Counted from the first letter of the stretch, positions 27,364 through 38,665 are shown. The stretch: 64,000 nt of DNA from Candidatus Aldehydirespiratoraceae bacterium (GCA_965221585.1 OZ244898.1:2489083-2553082), one strand, 5' to 3'. Numbers and translations are program-made. The notes: generated from the letters alone by a model not told the origin.

Positions 27364-28396
27364 GGCTCCCCTTCGACCTGTTGTTGGCGGGCGCTCGTTG
27401 TGTCACGGGGCCGCTGGTGCTGCGACATACGAGCGAGGGGGTCAACAGTTCGTGGACGGGGTCTGTTCGCTCCTCGTCGAGACGCTCTATCAGGTACTGG
27501 GCGGCCAACCGGCCTAGCAGTTCGCATGGTTGGTCGACGGTGGTCAAGCTCATCTGGTGCAGCGCCGCTGCTGCGGTGTTGTCGAATCCAACCAGCGACA
27601 CATCGTCGGGGACTCTCAGACCCCGGCCCTGAAGACGGTCCAACACTCCGGTGGCCATCAGGTCGTTCGCCGCAAAGATCGCAGTCGGAGGCTCACCGTC
27701 GCTCAGCAGTCGATCCACACCGGCAGTCCCGGCGTGTTCGCTGTACTCGCCGGCAACAACGCGAACGTGCTCGGACAGTCCGCGTTGGTCCATCGCAACC
27801 TGGTAGCCCTCACGGCGCCTGCGCGCCCCAGCACCTGGACCGCCGTCTATGTGGGCAATGCGTTGGTGACCGAGATTCGCCAGGTGGTCCACGACCATCT
27901 GCGCTCCCAACCGGTCGTCGATGCTGACCGTGTCATAGCTGTCCGAAGTCGAGACCCGTGCCGCGACCACCAGGTTGGTCTCTGCAGCAAGCGCCTCCAA
28001 TTCGTCCCCGAACAACTCGCTGCCGACCAGGATGATCCCATCTGTGCGGAATTCGAGGAAAGTGTCGACCGCGGCCTTCTCGCCGACCCGGTTGCGCAGT
28101 CCGGTGTTGATGACGATGCGATAACCGGCCTCGAGAGCTGCTTCGTGGATGCCGTCGGTCATCTCCGCGAAGAAGGGGTTGTGAAGGTCGTTCAACACCA
28201 GACCGATTGTCATGGTGCGTCGGCTGGCCAGGTGGTGGGCCATAAGGTTTCGTCGGTAACCGAGCTCTTCCGCCGCTTCGAGGACGGCGATTCGCGAGCG
28301 TTCGCTCACCTTCGGCGAGTTCCGCATGACCAGCGAAACCAGAGCCCGCGAGACGCCCGCGCGGCTCGCGACGTCTTCCATCGTCGGTTGAACCAA
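27353..28396 (-). CDS. LacI-family transcriptional regulator
   Basis: TMEDVASRAGVSRALVS HTH, LGYRRN, NPFF, AANDLMA, VGFDN, LTTV. Confidence 0.93.
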   Translation of the reverse strand: MVQPTMEDVASRAGVSRALVSLVMRNSPKVSERSRIAVLEAAEELGYRRNLMAHHLASRRTMTIGLVLNDLHNPFFAEMTDGIHEAALEAGYRIVINTGLRNRVGEKAAVDTFLEFRTDGIILVGSELFGDELEALAAETNLVVAARVSTSDSYDTVSIDDRLGAQMVVDHLANLGHQRIAHIDGGPGAGARRRREGYQVAMDQRGLSEHVRVVAGEYSEHAGTAGVDRLLSDGEPPTAIFAANDLMATGVLDRLQGRGLRVPDDVSLVGFDNTAAAALHQMSLTTVDQPCELLGRLAAQYLIERLDEERTDPVHELLTPSLVCRSTSGPVTQRAPANNRSKGSRVS

Positions 28397-28424
28397 GACC
28401 CCGGACTCCTCTCACGTCTCACGC

Positions 28425-28468
28425 TTGACAACGACTGACGAGAGAGTAATAGTTAGAGCGCTCTACAA
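28425..28468 (+). promoter_or_regulatory. Promoter of the iol arm with adjacent LacI-type operator
   Basis: TTGACA at 28425-28430, AT-rich taatagt at 28447-28453, and a perfect palindrome TAGAGCGCTCTA at 28454-28465 with the central CG of LacI-family operators. Confidence 0.75.
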
Positions 28469-28530
28469 TCAACAGAGCACGCAATCTGGAAAGCCGTCCT
28501 GGAGGGCAGCAGAGTGAAGCGACAGCGTTC

Positions 28531-29427
28531 ATGACGACTGTTTTGGAACGCACCGCTGCCGCGCCCATCTCCTGGGGAGTGTGCGAGGTTCCCGGCTGGG
28601 GTATCCAACTTCCCGTCGAACGCGTGCTTCGGGAAATGTCTGAGGTGGGCTTGCGAGCCACCGAACTGGGGTCGGTCGGCTACCTGCCCACCGACCCGGC
28701 CGAGCTGTCACGAACGCTCAGTTCCTTCGGACTCGCCCTCACCGGCGGATTCAACCCGCTTGCGCTGGCCGACCAGGGGAAAAGAGACGAGACCCTCGAT
28801 CGGGTACACGAGAGCGCTCGCCTGCTTGCCGATGCAGGCGCAACAGACTACGTGACCTGTGTGGTCAGCGATCCCGACGACTGGACCCGGACGCCACTGA
28901 CCGGCCGCGACTGGTCGAACATCTTCACCATGCTTGACATAGTCGGCGACACCGTCGGCACCTACGGATTGACCCAGGTGCTGCACCCCCATGTCGACTC
29001 GCTCATCGAGACCGCTGCCGAGGTTCAGTGCGTGCTCGACAACTCCGATGTCAAGTGGGTGCTTGATACAGGCCATCTGCTCATTGGCGGTTACGACCCC
29101 GTCGCTTTCGCAGAAAGGTACGCCGAACGGGTGGCACTCGTTCACCTCAAAGACCTCAGAGAAGACTTGGCCGCAGATCTCAACGCCGGCACCTTGACCT
29201 TGATGCAGGCAGTCCAAGCCGGACTGTTTGTACCGCTCGGGCAGGGCGACGCTTCCATCGCGGCCGTTGTGCAGATGATGGAAGCCAAGAATTACCAAGG
29301 CTGGTACGTGATAGAACAAGATGTCGCCATTACCACCGGGGAGCCCCCCGAAGGTGAAGGCCCAATTCGTGATGTTCAAAGGAGCGTCGCGTTCATCCGG
29401 AGCTTGGAAGCCGGATTCGACTCATGA
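28531..29427 (+). CDS. iolE: Myo-inosose-2 dehydratase (IolE/MocC-like TIM barrel)
   Basis: APISWGVCEVPGWG, HPHVD, LDTGH, HLKD, IEQD; iol context. Confidence 0.8.
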   Translation: MTTVLERTAAAPISWGVCEVPGWGIQLPVERVLREMSEVGLRATELGSVGYLPTDPAELSRTLSSFGLALTGGFNPLALADQGKRDETLDRVHESARLLADAGATDYVTCVVSDPDDWTRTPLTGRDWSNIFTMLDIVGDTVGTYGLTQVLHPHVDSLIETAAEVQCVLDNSDVKWVLDTGHLLIGGYDPVAFAERYAERVALVHLKDLREDLAADLNAGTLTLMQAVQAGLFVPLGQGDASIAAVVQMMEAKNYQGWYVIEQDVAITTGEPPEGEGPIRDVQRSVAFIRSLEAGFDS

Positions 29428-29491
29428 ACGCATGGGACGAACGGTTCCGACACCGGTTACTTGCAACCCCGAACAGGAGGGAATCCCAATA

Positions 29492-30487
29492 ATGAAGAAA
29501 CTACGGTTTCTGTTAGCACTGCTCGCGATCTTCTCGCTCTTCGCTGTTTCTTGCGGCGATGACGACAGCGCAGACGAGCCGGAGCCAGCCGCTGAAGAAG
29601 CAGCACCCGACAGCGGCTTGATCTTCCACATGATCACGCACTCCGACGACGGTCCGTTCTGGTCGGTCGTCAAGCGCGGCGCTGAAGCCGCTGCTGCGGA
29701 TGTGGGCGTGACACTCGTCTGGAACCCGTCCAACAACGATCCTGGCGTTCAAGCCAGTGACATCGATGCCGCTGTCGCTGCGGACTCAGACGGTATCGCC
29801 GCGTCACTGCCGAGTCCCGACCAGTTGATCCCGCCGCTGCAAGCGGCTGTCGCTGCCGGCATCCCCGTCTACACCCTCAATTCCGGTGTGAACGACTACC
29901 AGTCGATCGGTGCTACCAGCCACGTCGGTCAGACCGAAGTGATCGCCGGCAACGGCGCAGGCCTCCGCTTCAATGCGCTCGGCGCGACCAAGGTGCTCTG
30001 CGGCATCCAGGAGCAGGACAACGTCGCTCTCGGCGAGCGCTGCGACGGTCTCGCTGAGACCTTCAACGGCGAAGTCATCCAGGGCTTCATGGACCTCGAC
30101 GCCAACCAGGTCGCCCAGGAGGGTGCCATCAACGCAGCCCTCGCGGCTGACTCTGACATCGACGGCTTCCTCGGTGTGGGCCCGGTCATCGCCATGTCCG
30201 GTCTCTCGGCAGCCAAGGCGCTCGGCAAGAATGTCGGCAGCGACTTCCATGTGGGCGGCTTCGACATCACCCCGGACATCATCGACGCCATCGAGGCGGG
30301 CGAGGTTGCGTTCACCGTCGACCAGCAGCAGTACCTGCAGGGTTACATCCCGGTCGTGCTGATGTACCTCGAGGTGACCAACCAGAACACGCTCGGTGGC
30401 GGTCTCCCGATCCTCACCGGACCCGGCTTCGTGACCCCCGACAATGCCTCCGCCGTCAAGGCGCTGGTAGCTGCCGGAACTCGATAG
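29492..30487 (+). CDS. Sugar (inositol-type) ABC transporter substrate-binding lipoprotein
   Basis: Lipobox AVSC; DGPFWSVVKRG, HVGQTE, GFD, VDQQQYLQGY; AGGAGG RBS. Confidence 0.9.
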   Translation: MKKLRFLLALLAIFSLFAVSCGDDDSADEPEPAAEEAAPDSGLIFHMITHSDDGPFWSVVKRGAEAAAADVGVTLVWNPSNNDPGVQASDIDAAVAADSDGIAASLPSPDQLIPPLQAAVAAGIPVYTLNSGVNDYQSIGATSHVGQTEVIAGNGAGLRFNALGATKVLCGIQEQDNVALGERCDGLAETFNGEVIQGFMDLDANQVAQEGAINAALAADSDIDGFLGVGPVIAMSGLSAAKALGKNVGSDFHVGGFDITPDIIDAIEAGEVAFTVDQQQYLQGYIPVVLMYLEVTNQNTLGGGLPILTGPGFVTPDNASAVKALVAAGTR

Positions 30488-30496
30488 TCAAGACGA

Positions 30497-30579
30497 GCTG
30501 ATCGAGCCCGCTCGATCAGCCGGCAATTGCAGCAAAACCCGAGGTGGGGTTGTCGGCACTCAGGTGTCGGCAACCCCGC
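30497..30579 (+). promoter_or_regulatory. Two strong stem-loops after the binding-protein gene (mRNA stabilisers or partial terminator)
   Basis: gctgatcgagc-cc-gctcgatcagc (30497-30520) and gtggggttgtcggcac-tcag-gtgtcggcaaccccgc (30544-30579, with G-U pairs). Confidence 0.6.
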
Positions 30580-30697
30580 CCTGGGACCTCCACCTCTGAA
30601 TTGAGGCATCCCTGGGTCGGTAACGCTGGAGCCGCTCAGGGTTTGAAACAGTGTCCGGCGATGTGCGCCAGGGCGCTGGCGCAGCTAAGGGGGAAAA

Positions 30698-32770
30698 ATG
30701 ACAGACGTGGCGGCACACCCCGACACCGACGACGGTGCATCAGGCGACGAACGACTCGCCTACCGGGGTGTCTTCACACGAATGCTGGTCAGGCCCGAGA
30801 TCGGCGCGGTCATTGGTTCCGCTGCCATCTGGCTCTTCTTCTGGGCCGCTTCGGAGCAGTTCGGCACCGCCGGCAGTCAGGCCGTGGTGCTCGACGTCTC
30901 GGCCACGCTCGGAATCATGGCCGTGGCGGTGGCCCTGCTGATGATCGGCGGGGAGTTCGACCTGTCCTCGGGTGCGGCAACAGGCGCATTGGGCATAGTC
31001 ACGATCCTGCTGGTCAAGGACATCGGCGAACTCGGCGGCGCGGGATTGAGCCTATTCATCGCCATCCCCCTGTCGTTCGTTGTGGCCATGGCGCTCGGCT
31101 GGTACAACGGCACAGTCGTCGAGCGAACAGGTTTGCCGAGCTTCATCGTCACGCTGGCGACATTCTTCGTGCTGCGGGGTTTCAAGCTCGGCTTCTCCAA
31201 ACTCACCATCGACAACATCTCTGTCGGCCGGATCGACGAGGGCCACGGTTTCGACTTCTGGCATCCGATCTTCGCCGGCGTCTGGGCCCGCAACGACCAC
31301 ATCTGGGAGACCCGAGATGTGGCATACACCGTCGGGATCCTGCTCGGCCTCGCTCTGATGGTCCTGGCCGTGTACGAGGGGAACTACCTCCGCAAGAAGG
31401 TTCCCAACCTCATTGGTCTGGTGCTCTTCGCCGGTGGTGTCGTCGGCACGGTCGCCGGTGTGTTGCTGATGCACAACACCGACGGCGTCTCAGGCGACCT
31501 CGCCTCAGGGCTGGTGATCGCGGCGGCGACGCTTGTCGGCCTCTTCGGAGTCGCGCTGTGGCGCTACGAGCCCATCACCGCCGACAACCGGATCCACCTG
31601 GATTCGCGAGTTCTCGAACTTACCGGTCTCGGCGTGGTGCTGATCGTCATCGGTGTCGTGTGCGCCCTGGTGGTCGACGTCGACGGACAGGAGACCATCC
31701 TCAACCGCCTTCCTGTCGCCGTAGAATGGCTGATCACGATCGCGATCGCAGTGCTGGCAGGGGGAATAGTCTGGCGTCGCAATGCAGGCGGAGATTCCGG
31801 CGCCGAACAGCGGGCCGCCGCAATGAAGACAGCGCGGGCCGGTCTGGTAGGTGCAATTTCCGTCTTCGCTTTCATGTTCATGGCGACCGAACAGGGCTTG
31901 CGGGCCATACTGTTCGTCGGTCTGGCAACAACTGGCCTGATTCTGCTGGCAATGGCAGCACTACGGGCCAGGAAGAGTTCGGCGCTGTCAGGCTCAGTGA
32001 TCCTGGTTCTGAATTCGGTGGCGATCGCGGTTCTGGCAGTGTTCATCCAAGCCGAATCGGGCCACGAGAAGTTCCGCACCGCGGTCTTCAGCGTGATGAT
32101 GTTCGGTGCGGTGACTATCCTCGCGTGGGCGTTGGTGAGCGGCCGCTATCAGCAGAGACGAGTTGCTGACCACGATGCCGACCGCTTGTCGACATGGTTG
32201 TCGGGTACAGGCCTGGTTGCGATCCTCATCGGTTTGATCTCGCGGTTGCTGTGGACCACCACAGACGAGATCGAAGCTGGATCCACTCCCGCCAATTTCC
32301 GCATGAGCATCCTCTGGTTCATCGCCGTCACCGCGGTCGCGACCTTCGTGCTCGGACGAACCAAGTTCGGCAGCTGGATCTTCGCGGTCGGTGGCAACAA
32401 GGAGGCCGCACGCCAAGTCGGTGTGCCGGCGGCCAAGACAAAGACGCAACTGTTCATGATCGTCTCCGGCGCAGCCTGGCTGGTCGGCCTGCTGCTGGCA
32501 TTCCGCTTGCAGACCCTGCAGTCCGGCACCGGCAACGGTCTCGAGTTCGAGTACATCATCGCCGCTGTGGTCGGCGGCACGGCACTGACCGGTGGCTACG
32601 GCTCGGTGCTCGGAGCTGCCATCGGGGCGTTCATCATGGCCATGTCCAAGCAGGGAATCGGTCTGGCGTTGTGGAACTCGGACTGGCGCTTCGCCTTCCT
32701 CGGCGTGATCCTGCTCGGAGCGGTCATGGCCAACAACTTCATCAAGGCCAAGGCGGAGGCCGTCCGATGA
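30698..32770 (+). CDS. Sugar ABC permease (RbsC type) with a large multi-TM insertion
   Basis: GGEFDLS and LPSFIVTL at the N-terminus; [14 protein letters not shown] and [13 protein letters not shown] at the C-terminus; 690 aa. Confidence 0.88.
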   Translation: MTDVAAHPDTDDGASGDERLAYRGVFTRMLVRPEIGAVIGSAAIWLFFWAASEQFGTAGSQAVVLDVSATLGIMAVAVALLMIGGEFDLSSGAATGALGIVTILLVKDIGELGGAGLSLFIAIPLSFVVAMALGWYNGTVVERTGLPSFIVTLATFFVLRGFKLGFSKLTIDNISVGRIDEGHGFDFWHPIFAGVWARNDHIWETRDVAYTVGILLGLALMVLAVYEGNYLRKKVPNLIGLVLFAGGVVGTVAGVLLMHNTDGVSGDLASGLVIAAATLVGLFGVALWRYEPITADNRIHLDSRVLELTGLGVVLIVIGVVCALVVDVDGQETILNRLPVAVEWLITIAIAVLAGGIVWRRNAGGDSGAEQRAAAMKTARAGLVGAISVFAFMFMATEQGLRAILFVGLATTGLILLAMAALRARKSSALSGSVILVLNSVAIAVLAVFIQAESGHEKFRTAVFSVMMFGAVTILAWALVSGRYQQRRVADHDADRLSTWLSGTGLVAILIGLISRLLWTTTDEIEAGSTPANFRMSILWFIAVTAVATFVLGRTKFGSWIFAVGGNKEAARQVGVPAAKTKTQLFMIVSGAAWLVGLLLAFRLQTLQSGTGNGLEFEYIIAAVVGGTALTGGYGSVLGAAIGAFIMAMSKQGIGLALWNSDWRFAFLGVILLGAVMANNFIKAKAEAVR

Positions 32771-32819
32771 GCAGACCCCCATTCGACTCAAACGCACGCG
32801 ACGCACAGGAGGTCATCCG

Positions 32820-33608
32820 ATGAGCAACCTCATTGAACTGGAGAACGTGGGCAAGTTCTACGGCAACATCATCGCCCTGCAGGGAGTCACCACGACCGTG
32901 AACGCGGGCGAAGTGACCTGCGTGCTGGGCGACAACGGTGCCGGCAAGTCCACCCTCATCAAGATCCTCTCGGGGGTCCACGACCACAGCGAGGGAACCT
33001 ACATGTTCGAAGGCGAGGAGTGCGCCTTCACCTCCCCCCGGCAGGCCCTCGACCGCGGCATCGCCGCGGTCTACCAGGATCTGGCGATGGTACCGCTGAT
33101 GTCGGTCTGGCGGAACTTCTTCCTAGGCGCTGAACCCACGGTCGGCCGCTGGCCGATCCGCTGGGTCAACAAGTCCAAGGCCAAGTCCATCGCCAAGGAG
33201 GAAATGGCCAAGATGGGCATCGACATCCGCGACACCGAACAGTCGGTGGGCACGTTGTCGGGTGGTGAACGCCAGTCGGTCGCCATTGCCCGGGCGGTCT
33301 ACTTCGGCGCCAAGGTGCTGATCCTCGACGAGCCGACCTCGGCTCTCGGGGTCAAGCAGTCCGGGGTGGTGCTGCGATACATCGTCGAGGCTCGCAACCG
33401 GGGTCTTGGAGTGATCTTCATCACCCACAATCCGAGCCATGCCTATCCGGTCGGAGACCGTTTCCTGATTCTCAACCGTGGTCAGTCGATGGGCAACTTC
33501 GCCAAGGAGGACATCTCTCTGGCTGAACTGACCCAGTTGATGGCAGGCGGGGCCGAACTCGAACAACTCCAGCATGAGCTCGAGCAAGCAGTGTCGGGTG
33601 GTGCCTGA
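32820..33608 (+). CDS. Sugar ABC transporter ATP-binding protein
   Basis: [20 protein letters not shown]. Confidence 0.93.
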   Translation: MSNLIELENVGKFYGNIIALQGVTTTVNAGEVTCVLGDNGAGKSTLIKILSGVHDHSEGTYMFEGEECAFTSPRQALDRGIAAVYQDLAMVPLMSVWRNFFLGAEPTVGRWPIRWVNKSKAKSIAKEEMAKMGIDIRDTEQSVGTLSGGERQSVAIARAVYFGAKVLILDEPTSALGVKQSGVVLRYIVEARNRGLGVIFITHNPSHAYPVGDRFLILNRGQSMGNFAKEDISLAELTQLMAGGAELEQLQHELEQAVSGGA

Positions 33609-34596
33609 CTCCGTCCGTAGTCTCGAACTGCTCTCGGTCGGACGAGTCAGTGTCGATATCTACGCGCAGCAACTCGGAGTGTCGATGACCGAAGCGACAA
33701 CCTTCCGCAAGTCGATCGGTGGAACCTCGACCAATGTGGCAGTGGCCGCATCCCGCCTGGGGCACCGCTGCGCCACGGTCACCCGCGTCGGGGACGACGA
33801 GTTCGGTGCGTATGTCCGCCACGCGCTGGAGCACACCTTCGGGGTCGACACACGCTTCGTCGGAACCGACCCCGAACTCAAGACTCCGCTCGCTTTCGCC
33901 GAACTCAACCCGCCCGAGGACCCCAACATCATCTTCTATCGTGAGCCCCGGGCACCGGATCAGAACCTCTCACTCGACGATGTGGACCTGGATGTCGTGC
34001 GTGAGGTACCGGTGTTGTGGATTCCGGCCTCACGCTTCGCCTGGGAACCGAGCCGGTCAACGGTAGGTGCGATGCTGCGCGAGCGCGACCGGAGGCCCCA
34101 CACGGTGCTGGACCTCGATTGGCGGCCAATGTTCTGGGACTCGCCCGACGCGGCAAGCGAACAGATCGCACCGATGCTCGACCATTTCAGCATCGCGATC
34201 GGCAACCGCGACGAGTGCGCGATAGCCGTGGGTACCCGAGACCCCCACGAAGCAGCTGATCGCATGCTGGCAAGAGGGCTGCACGCCGCGGTCGTGAAGC
34301 TGGGTGCCGACGGCGTGATGGTCGCTCTGGCGGACGGAACCCGCGAGACGATCGCACCGTTTCCGGTCGAAGTCGTCTGCGGACTCGGTTCCGGCGACGC
34401 CTTCGGCGGCGCGTTCTGTCACGGCCTGCTCAACGACTGGGATCTGATACGGACCGTGGAGTACGGGAACGCCGCTGGGGCGATCGTCGCGAATCGGCTG
34501 ATGTGCGCCGACGACATGCCGACGGTGTCTGAGATCGACGACTTCCTCGCCTCGCGACTCCAAGCAGACCCGACGGCACAGAGGCAGGCGATATGA
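33601..34596 (+). CDS. iolC: 5-dehydro-2-deoxygluconokinase
   Basis: [37 protein letters not shown] (PfkB family); iol context. Confidence 0.88.
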   Translation: MPDSVRSLELLSVGRVSVDIYAQQLGVSMTEATTFRKSIGGTSTNVAVAASRLGHRCATVTRVGDDEFGAYVRHALEHTFGVDTRFVGTDPELKTPLAFAELNPPEDPNIIFYREPRAPDQNLSLDDVDLDVVREVPVLWIPASRFAWEPSRSTVGAMLRERDRRPHTVLDLDWRPMFWDSPDAASEQIAPMLDHFSIAIGNRDECAIAVGTRDPHEAADRMLARGLHAAVVKLGADGVMVALADGTRETIAPFPVEVVCGLGSGDAFGGAFCHGLLNDWDLIRTVEYGNAAGAIVANRLMCADDMPTVSEIDDFLASRLQADPTAQRQAI

Positions 34597-35618
34597 GCAC
34601 GTTGCCGACGATCTACGTCGACCGGGCAATGCCCGCCGGATTCGAGGAACTGTTCACCGGCAGGGCCGAAGTCGTGGGACCCGACGCCTCCGCGCTGCAG
34701 CACTCACACGGAGTGATCGCCGGCGGCGGGGTGTGGGACGGGCCGCTCATGGACCGCGCTCCGGAACTACAGGTGATCTCTCGTGCGGGCATCGGATTCG
34801 ACGCGGTCGATCTTGAGGCGGCTACGGACCGCGGTGTGGTCGTCTGCAACGCACCGGCGTCGCCCACGGTCTCCACCGCCGAGCACACCATGGCTCTGCT
34901 GCTGCACGTCGCCAAATCGCTCAGCGCCAACCAGAGACGGCTCCGAAGCCATATCGGCGACTACTACGTCGACAATGAGGGCATCGAACTGGCCGGACGC
35001 ACTCTTGGCGTGGTCGGCTACGGCCCCATAGGCAAACGGGTCGTCAAAGCCGCGCGGGGTCTCGAAATGGAAGTTGTCGCCCATGACCCCTACCTCGACC
35101 CGGACAACGAGGACATCGATCTGGTCTCTTTCGGCGAGCTGTTGGAGCGCAGCGATGTGGTCAGCGCCCACTGTCCATTGACCGACGAGACCCATGAACT
35201 CTTCGACAGCAGCGCCTTCGCCAGGATGCGCCGCGGTTCGCTGTTCATCAACGCGGCACGCGGAGGCGTAGTCGACCAGGATGCCCTGGTAGAAGCCCTC
35301 GACTCGGGGCACCTGGCGGGCGCGGGTCTGGACGTCACGGTTCCCGAACCGCTCCCGACGGACCATCCGTTGCAGGGCCGCGACAACGTGATGATCACCC
35401 CCCACATCGCTTCGGCGACCGACCGCGGCCGGCACCGAATGTTCAGCGCAGCTCTCGACAATGCCATGACCTGCCTCAACGGACAGCGCGTCGCCACCTG
35501 CGTCAACCCGGAGGTCTACGACCGACTCGGCACCGACCGCATCGCCCACACCAATCACGACACGCAAACCGGGGTCTGCGGCACCGACCGCAACGACAAC
35601 AGAGGGCAACAGATATGA
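34593..35618 (+). CDS. D-isomer-specific 2-hydroxyacid dehydrogenase
   Basis: GIGFDAVD, GYGPIG, INAARG, LDVTVPEP, TPHIA. Confidence 0.88.
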   Translation: MSTLPTIYVDRAMPAGFEELFTGRAEVVGPDASALQHSHGVIAGGGVWDGPLMDRAPELQVISRAGIGFDAVDLEAATDRGVVVCNAPASPTVSTAEHTMALLLHVAKSLSANQRRLRSHIGDYYVDNEGIELAGRTLGVVGYGPIGKRVVKAARGLEMEVVAHDPYLDPDNEDIDLVSFGELLERSDVVSAHCPLTDETHELFDSSAFARMRRGSLFINAARGGVVDQDALVEALDSGHLAGAGLDVTVPEPLPTDHPLQGRDNVMITPHIASATDRGRHRMFSAALDNAMTCLNGQRVATCVNPEVYDRLGTDRIAHTNHDTQTGVCGTDRNDNRGQQI

Positions 35619-36790
35619 CCCGCGCCTCGATCGGTATCGGCGTTATCGGTTTTGGCTGGATGGGTCAGGCTCACTCCCGCTCTGCGAAACGGGTCCCTTC
35701 GCTGTTTCCAGAGCGGGAGTTTGACCCTCGCCTGGTGGTCTGCTGCGACAATGTCACCGAACGGCGAACCGAGGCCCTCGAAGGGTTCGGGTTCGAACGG
35801 GCCACGGCAGACTGGCACGACGTGGTGTCGGATCCCGAAGTGGATGTCGTCTACATCACCGCACCCAACATGCTGCACGAACCGTTGGCGGTCACGGCAG
35901 CCGAGAACAGCAAACATGTCTTCTGCGAGAAGCCAGTCGGAGGAACGCCTGAGCAGACCATGCGGATCAACACCGCTGCGACCGCCGCCGGGGTGATAAC
36001 GGGAGTCGGCTACAACTACCGCTGGGCGCCGTTGGTGCAACACGCAAAGACGCTGATCGACTCGGGGGCGTTGGGCCAGATCACCAACTACCGGGGACGT
36101 TTCTTCTCGATGTACGGCAGCGACCGGCTCGGCACGCTGTCCTGGCGCTACCTGATCGACCAAGCCGGCTACGGCGTGTCGTCAGACATCATGAGCCACG
36201 CCGTCGATCTGGCACACATGCTGGTGGGACCCATAACCACAGTGATGGGGACAATGGAGACCTTCATCAGACAAAGGCCTCTCCCCGCCGCCAACGGCAC
36301 CCACTACGACCAGGGAAAACCCGGTGATCCGACCGGTGAGGTGACCAACGAGGACTACGCAGCGGCCATGGTCGTCTTCGACAACGGTGCGCGGGGGACA
36401 TTTGAATCGTCCCGCTCGATCGTCGGCCCCGAGAGTCAGATGGCCTTCGATGTCTACGGGACCAAAGGGGCGCTTCGTTGGAACCTCGAAACCATGAACG
36501 AACTCGATGTCTTCATCGTCGATGACAACGGTGTCGCACCACGCGGCTACACCAAGGTCTACTCCGGCGACCGCTACCCCTATCACGGACACTTCGTGCC
36601 CGGGGATGCCAACAGCATCGGCTACGAAGACCTCAAGGTCATCGAGAACTACGAGTTCTTGAGTGCGGTGGCCCGCGGAGAACAGCACGAGCCGGGGTTC
36701 GCCAATGCGGTCGATTATGTGAGCTTTCAAGATGCCTGGTTGCGCTCCTGCGACACCGGCACATGGACCAAGGTGGAACGCTTGTCGTGA
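35615..36790 (+). CDS. Gfo/Idh/MocA-family oxidoreductase (inositol-isomer dehydrogenase-like)
   Basis: GFGWMG, HVFCEKP, GYNYR, DIMSHAVD. Confidence 0.88.
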   Translation: MTRASIGIGVIGFGWMGQAHSRSAKRVPSLFPEREFDPRLVVCCDNVTERRTEALEGFGFERATADWHDVVSDPEVDVVYITAPNMLHEPLAVTAAENSKHVFCEKPVGGTPEQTMRINTAATAAGVITGVGYNYRWAPLVQHAKTLIDSGALGQITNYRGRFFSMYGSDRLGTLSWRYLIDQAGYGVSSDIMSHAVDLAHMLVGPITTVMGTMETFIRQRPLPAANGTHYDQGKPGDPTGEVTNEDYAAAMVVFDNGARGTFESSRSIVGPESQMAFDVYGTKGALRWNLETMNELDVFIVDDNGVAPRGYTKVYSGDRYPYHGHFVPGDANSIGYEDLKVIENYEFLSAVARGEQHEPGFANAVDYVSFQDAWLRSCDTGTWTKVERLS

Positions 36791-36811
36791 CACCAACCAC
36801 AGGGCGCTGAG

Positions 36812-38665
36812 ATGAGAACAGTTCGACTTACCACAAGCCAAGCCATCGTCAGGTACCTGATGGCGCAGAAGATCATCATCAACGACGAACCGAAACCGCT
36901 GTTCCCTGGCGTGTTCGCCATCTTCGGGCACGGCAACGTCACCTGCCTGGGCACCGCCCTCGAGGAGGTCAAAGAGGGCTTCCCCACCTGGCGAGGACAG
37001 AACGAACAGGGCATGGCCTTGGCGGCAACGGCTTACGCCAAGGCCTCGAAACGCCGTCAGATCATGGTTGCGACATCGTCTGTCGGTCCCGGAGCCACCA
37101 ACATGGTGACCGCCGCCGCGGTCGCAATGGCCAACCGCATGCCGTTGCTGTTGATATCTGGCGACACCTTCGGCAGCCGTATCCCCGATCCCGTGCTCCA
37201 GCAGGTGGAGCATTTCGGCGATCCGTCCACCACCGTCAACGACAGCTTCCGTGCGGTGGTGCGTTACTGGGATCGCATCACGCATCCGGCTCAGGTGGTT
37301 CACTCGCTACCTCACGCGTTGCACACGATGCTCGATCCCGGCGATTGCGGACCGGCATTCATCGGACTGCCCCAGGACATCGCCGCCGACGCCTACGACT
37401 ATCCGCTGCGCTGCTTCGACGAGACAATCCATGAGATCCGTCGCCCCCGCCCGGACCGAACCGAACTGGCCCGCGCCGCGGCGTTGCTGAGCACCGCAAC
37501 CCAACCGCTGATCATCGCCGGTGGGGGCGTTCACTGGTCCGAGGCGGAAGCCGCGCTCGCAAAGTTCGTCGAGGCCCACAACGTGCCGGTCGTCGAGACC
37601 GTGGCGGGACGGACCAGTCTGGCGCAATCCCATCGGCTGCACGCGGGGACCATCGGCGTGACCGGATGCACATCGGCGAATGCTCTGGCCGCGCAGGCCG
37701 ACGTGGTGCTGGCGATCGGCACTCGGCTGGGGGATTTCGCGACCGGGTCCTGGACCGTGTTCGCCAACGAAGCAACCAAGATCATCGGCGTCAACACCGC
37801 CCGGTTCGATGCCACCAAGCACCTGTCCGTGCCGCTCGTGGCCGACGCCCGCGAGGCCCTGACCGAACTTTCGACCGCTCTCGGCGACTACCGGGCCGAC
37901 GAGTCATGGTCTGCAACCTGTGCCTCCGAAGCCGCCCAGTACCACGCCTACACCGACAAGCTGGCCGCGCCGAACGCCCCTGACGCACAGACTCTCCCCA
38001 CATATGCGCAAGTTGTCGGTGTTGTCGACCGCGCCGCAGACGAACGCACCTACGCACTCACCGCCGCCGGCGGGTTCCCCGGCGAGTTGGTGAACGGCTG
38101 GCGCAGCGACACCGTGCACTCCTTCGACGCCGAGTACGGCTACTCGTGCATGGGCTATGAGATCTCCGGGGGTTGGGGGGCGAAGATGGCACTGCCGGAC
38201 CGCGACGTGGTGGTCTTCGTCGGCGACGGCTCCTACATGATGATGAACAGCGACCTGTACAGCTCCGTGCTGTCGGGTCACAAGCTGATCGTCATCGTCT
38301 GCGACAACGGCGGGTTCGCAGTCATCAACCGCTTGCAGACCAATCAGGGGGGTGTTCCGTTCAACAACCTCATTGCCGATTCCAAGGTCGTGGAGGAAGT
38401 CCGTGTCGATTTCGCCGCCCACGCCGCGGCCATGGGCGCCGAGTCAGAGACGGTGTCGACTATCGAAGAACTCTCCGAGGCATTCGAACGGGCCAGAGAT
38501 GCCGATCGCAGCTACGTCATCGCCTTGCAGACTTCGGCCTACGACTGGACCGAAGGCGGCTCCTGGTGGGAAGTCGGTGTTCCAGAAGTCTCTAATCGTC
38601 AGGAGATCCGCGATGCCCGAGCCGAACTGGATGACGGCAAGACGGCGCAGAGAGTGGGCTGGTGA
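36812..38665 (+). CDS. iolD: 3D-(3,5/4)-trihydroxycyclohexane-1,2-dione acylhydrolase
   Basis: AIFGHGNV, NEQGMA, PDPVLQQVE, EYGYSCMGYEI, GDGSYMM (ThDP motif). Confidence 0.95.
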   Translation: MRTVRLTTSQAIVRYLMAQKIIINDEPKPLFPGVFAIFGHGNVTCLGTALEEVKEGFPTWRGQNEQGMALAATAYAKASKRRQIMVATSSVGPGATNMVTAAAVAMANRMPLLLISGDTFGSRIPDPVLQQVEHFGDPSTTVNDSFRAVVRYWDRITHPAQVVHSLPHALHTMLDPGDCGPAFIGLPQDIAADAYDYPLRCFDETIHEIRRPRPDRTELARAAALLSTATQPLIIAGGGVHWSEAEAALAKFVEAHNVPVVETVAGRTSLAQSHRLHAGTIGVTGCTSANALAAQADVVLAIGTRLGDFATGSWTVFANEATKIIGVNTARFDATKHLSVPLVADAREALTELSTALGDYRADESWSATCASEAAQYHAYTDKLAAPNAPDAQTLPTYAQVVGVVDRAADERTYALTAAGGFPGELVNGWRSDTVHSFDAEYGYSCMGYEISGGWGAKMALPDRDVVVFVGDGSYMMMNSDLYSSVLSGHKLIVIVCDNGGFAVINRLQTNQGGVPFNNLIADSKVVEEVRVDFAAHAAAMGAESETVSTIEELSEAFERARDADRSYVIALQTSAYDWTEGGSWWEVGVPEVSNRQEIRDARAELDDGKTAQRVGW

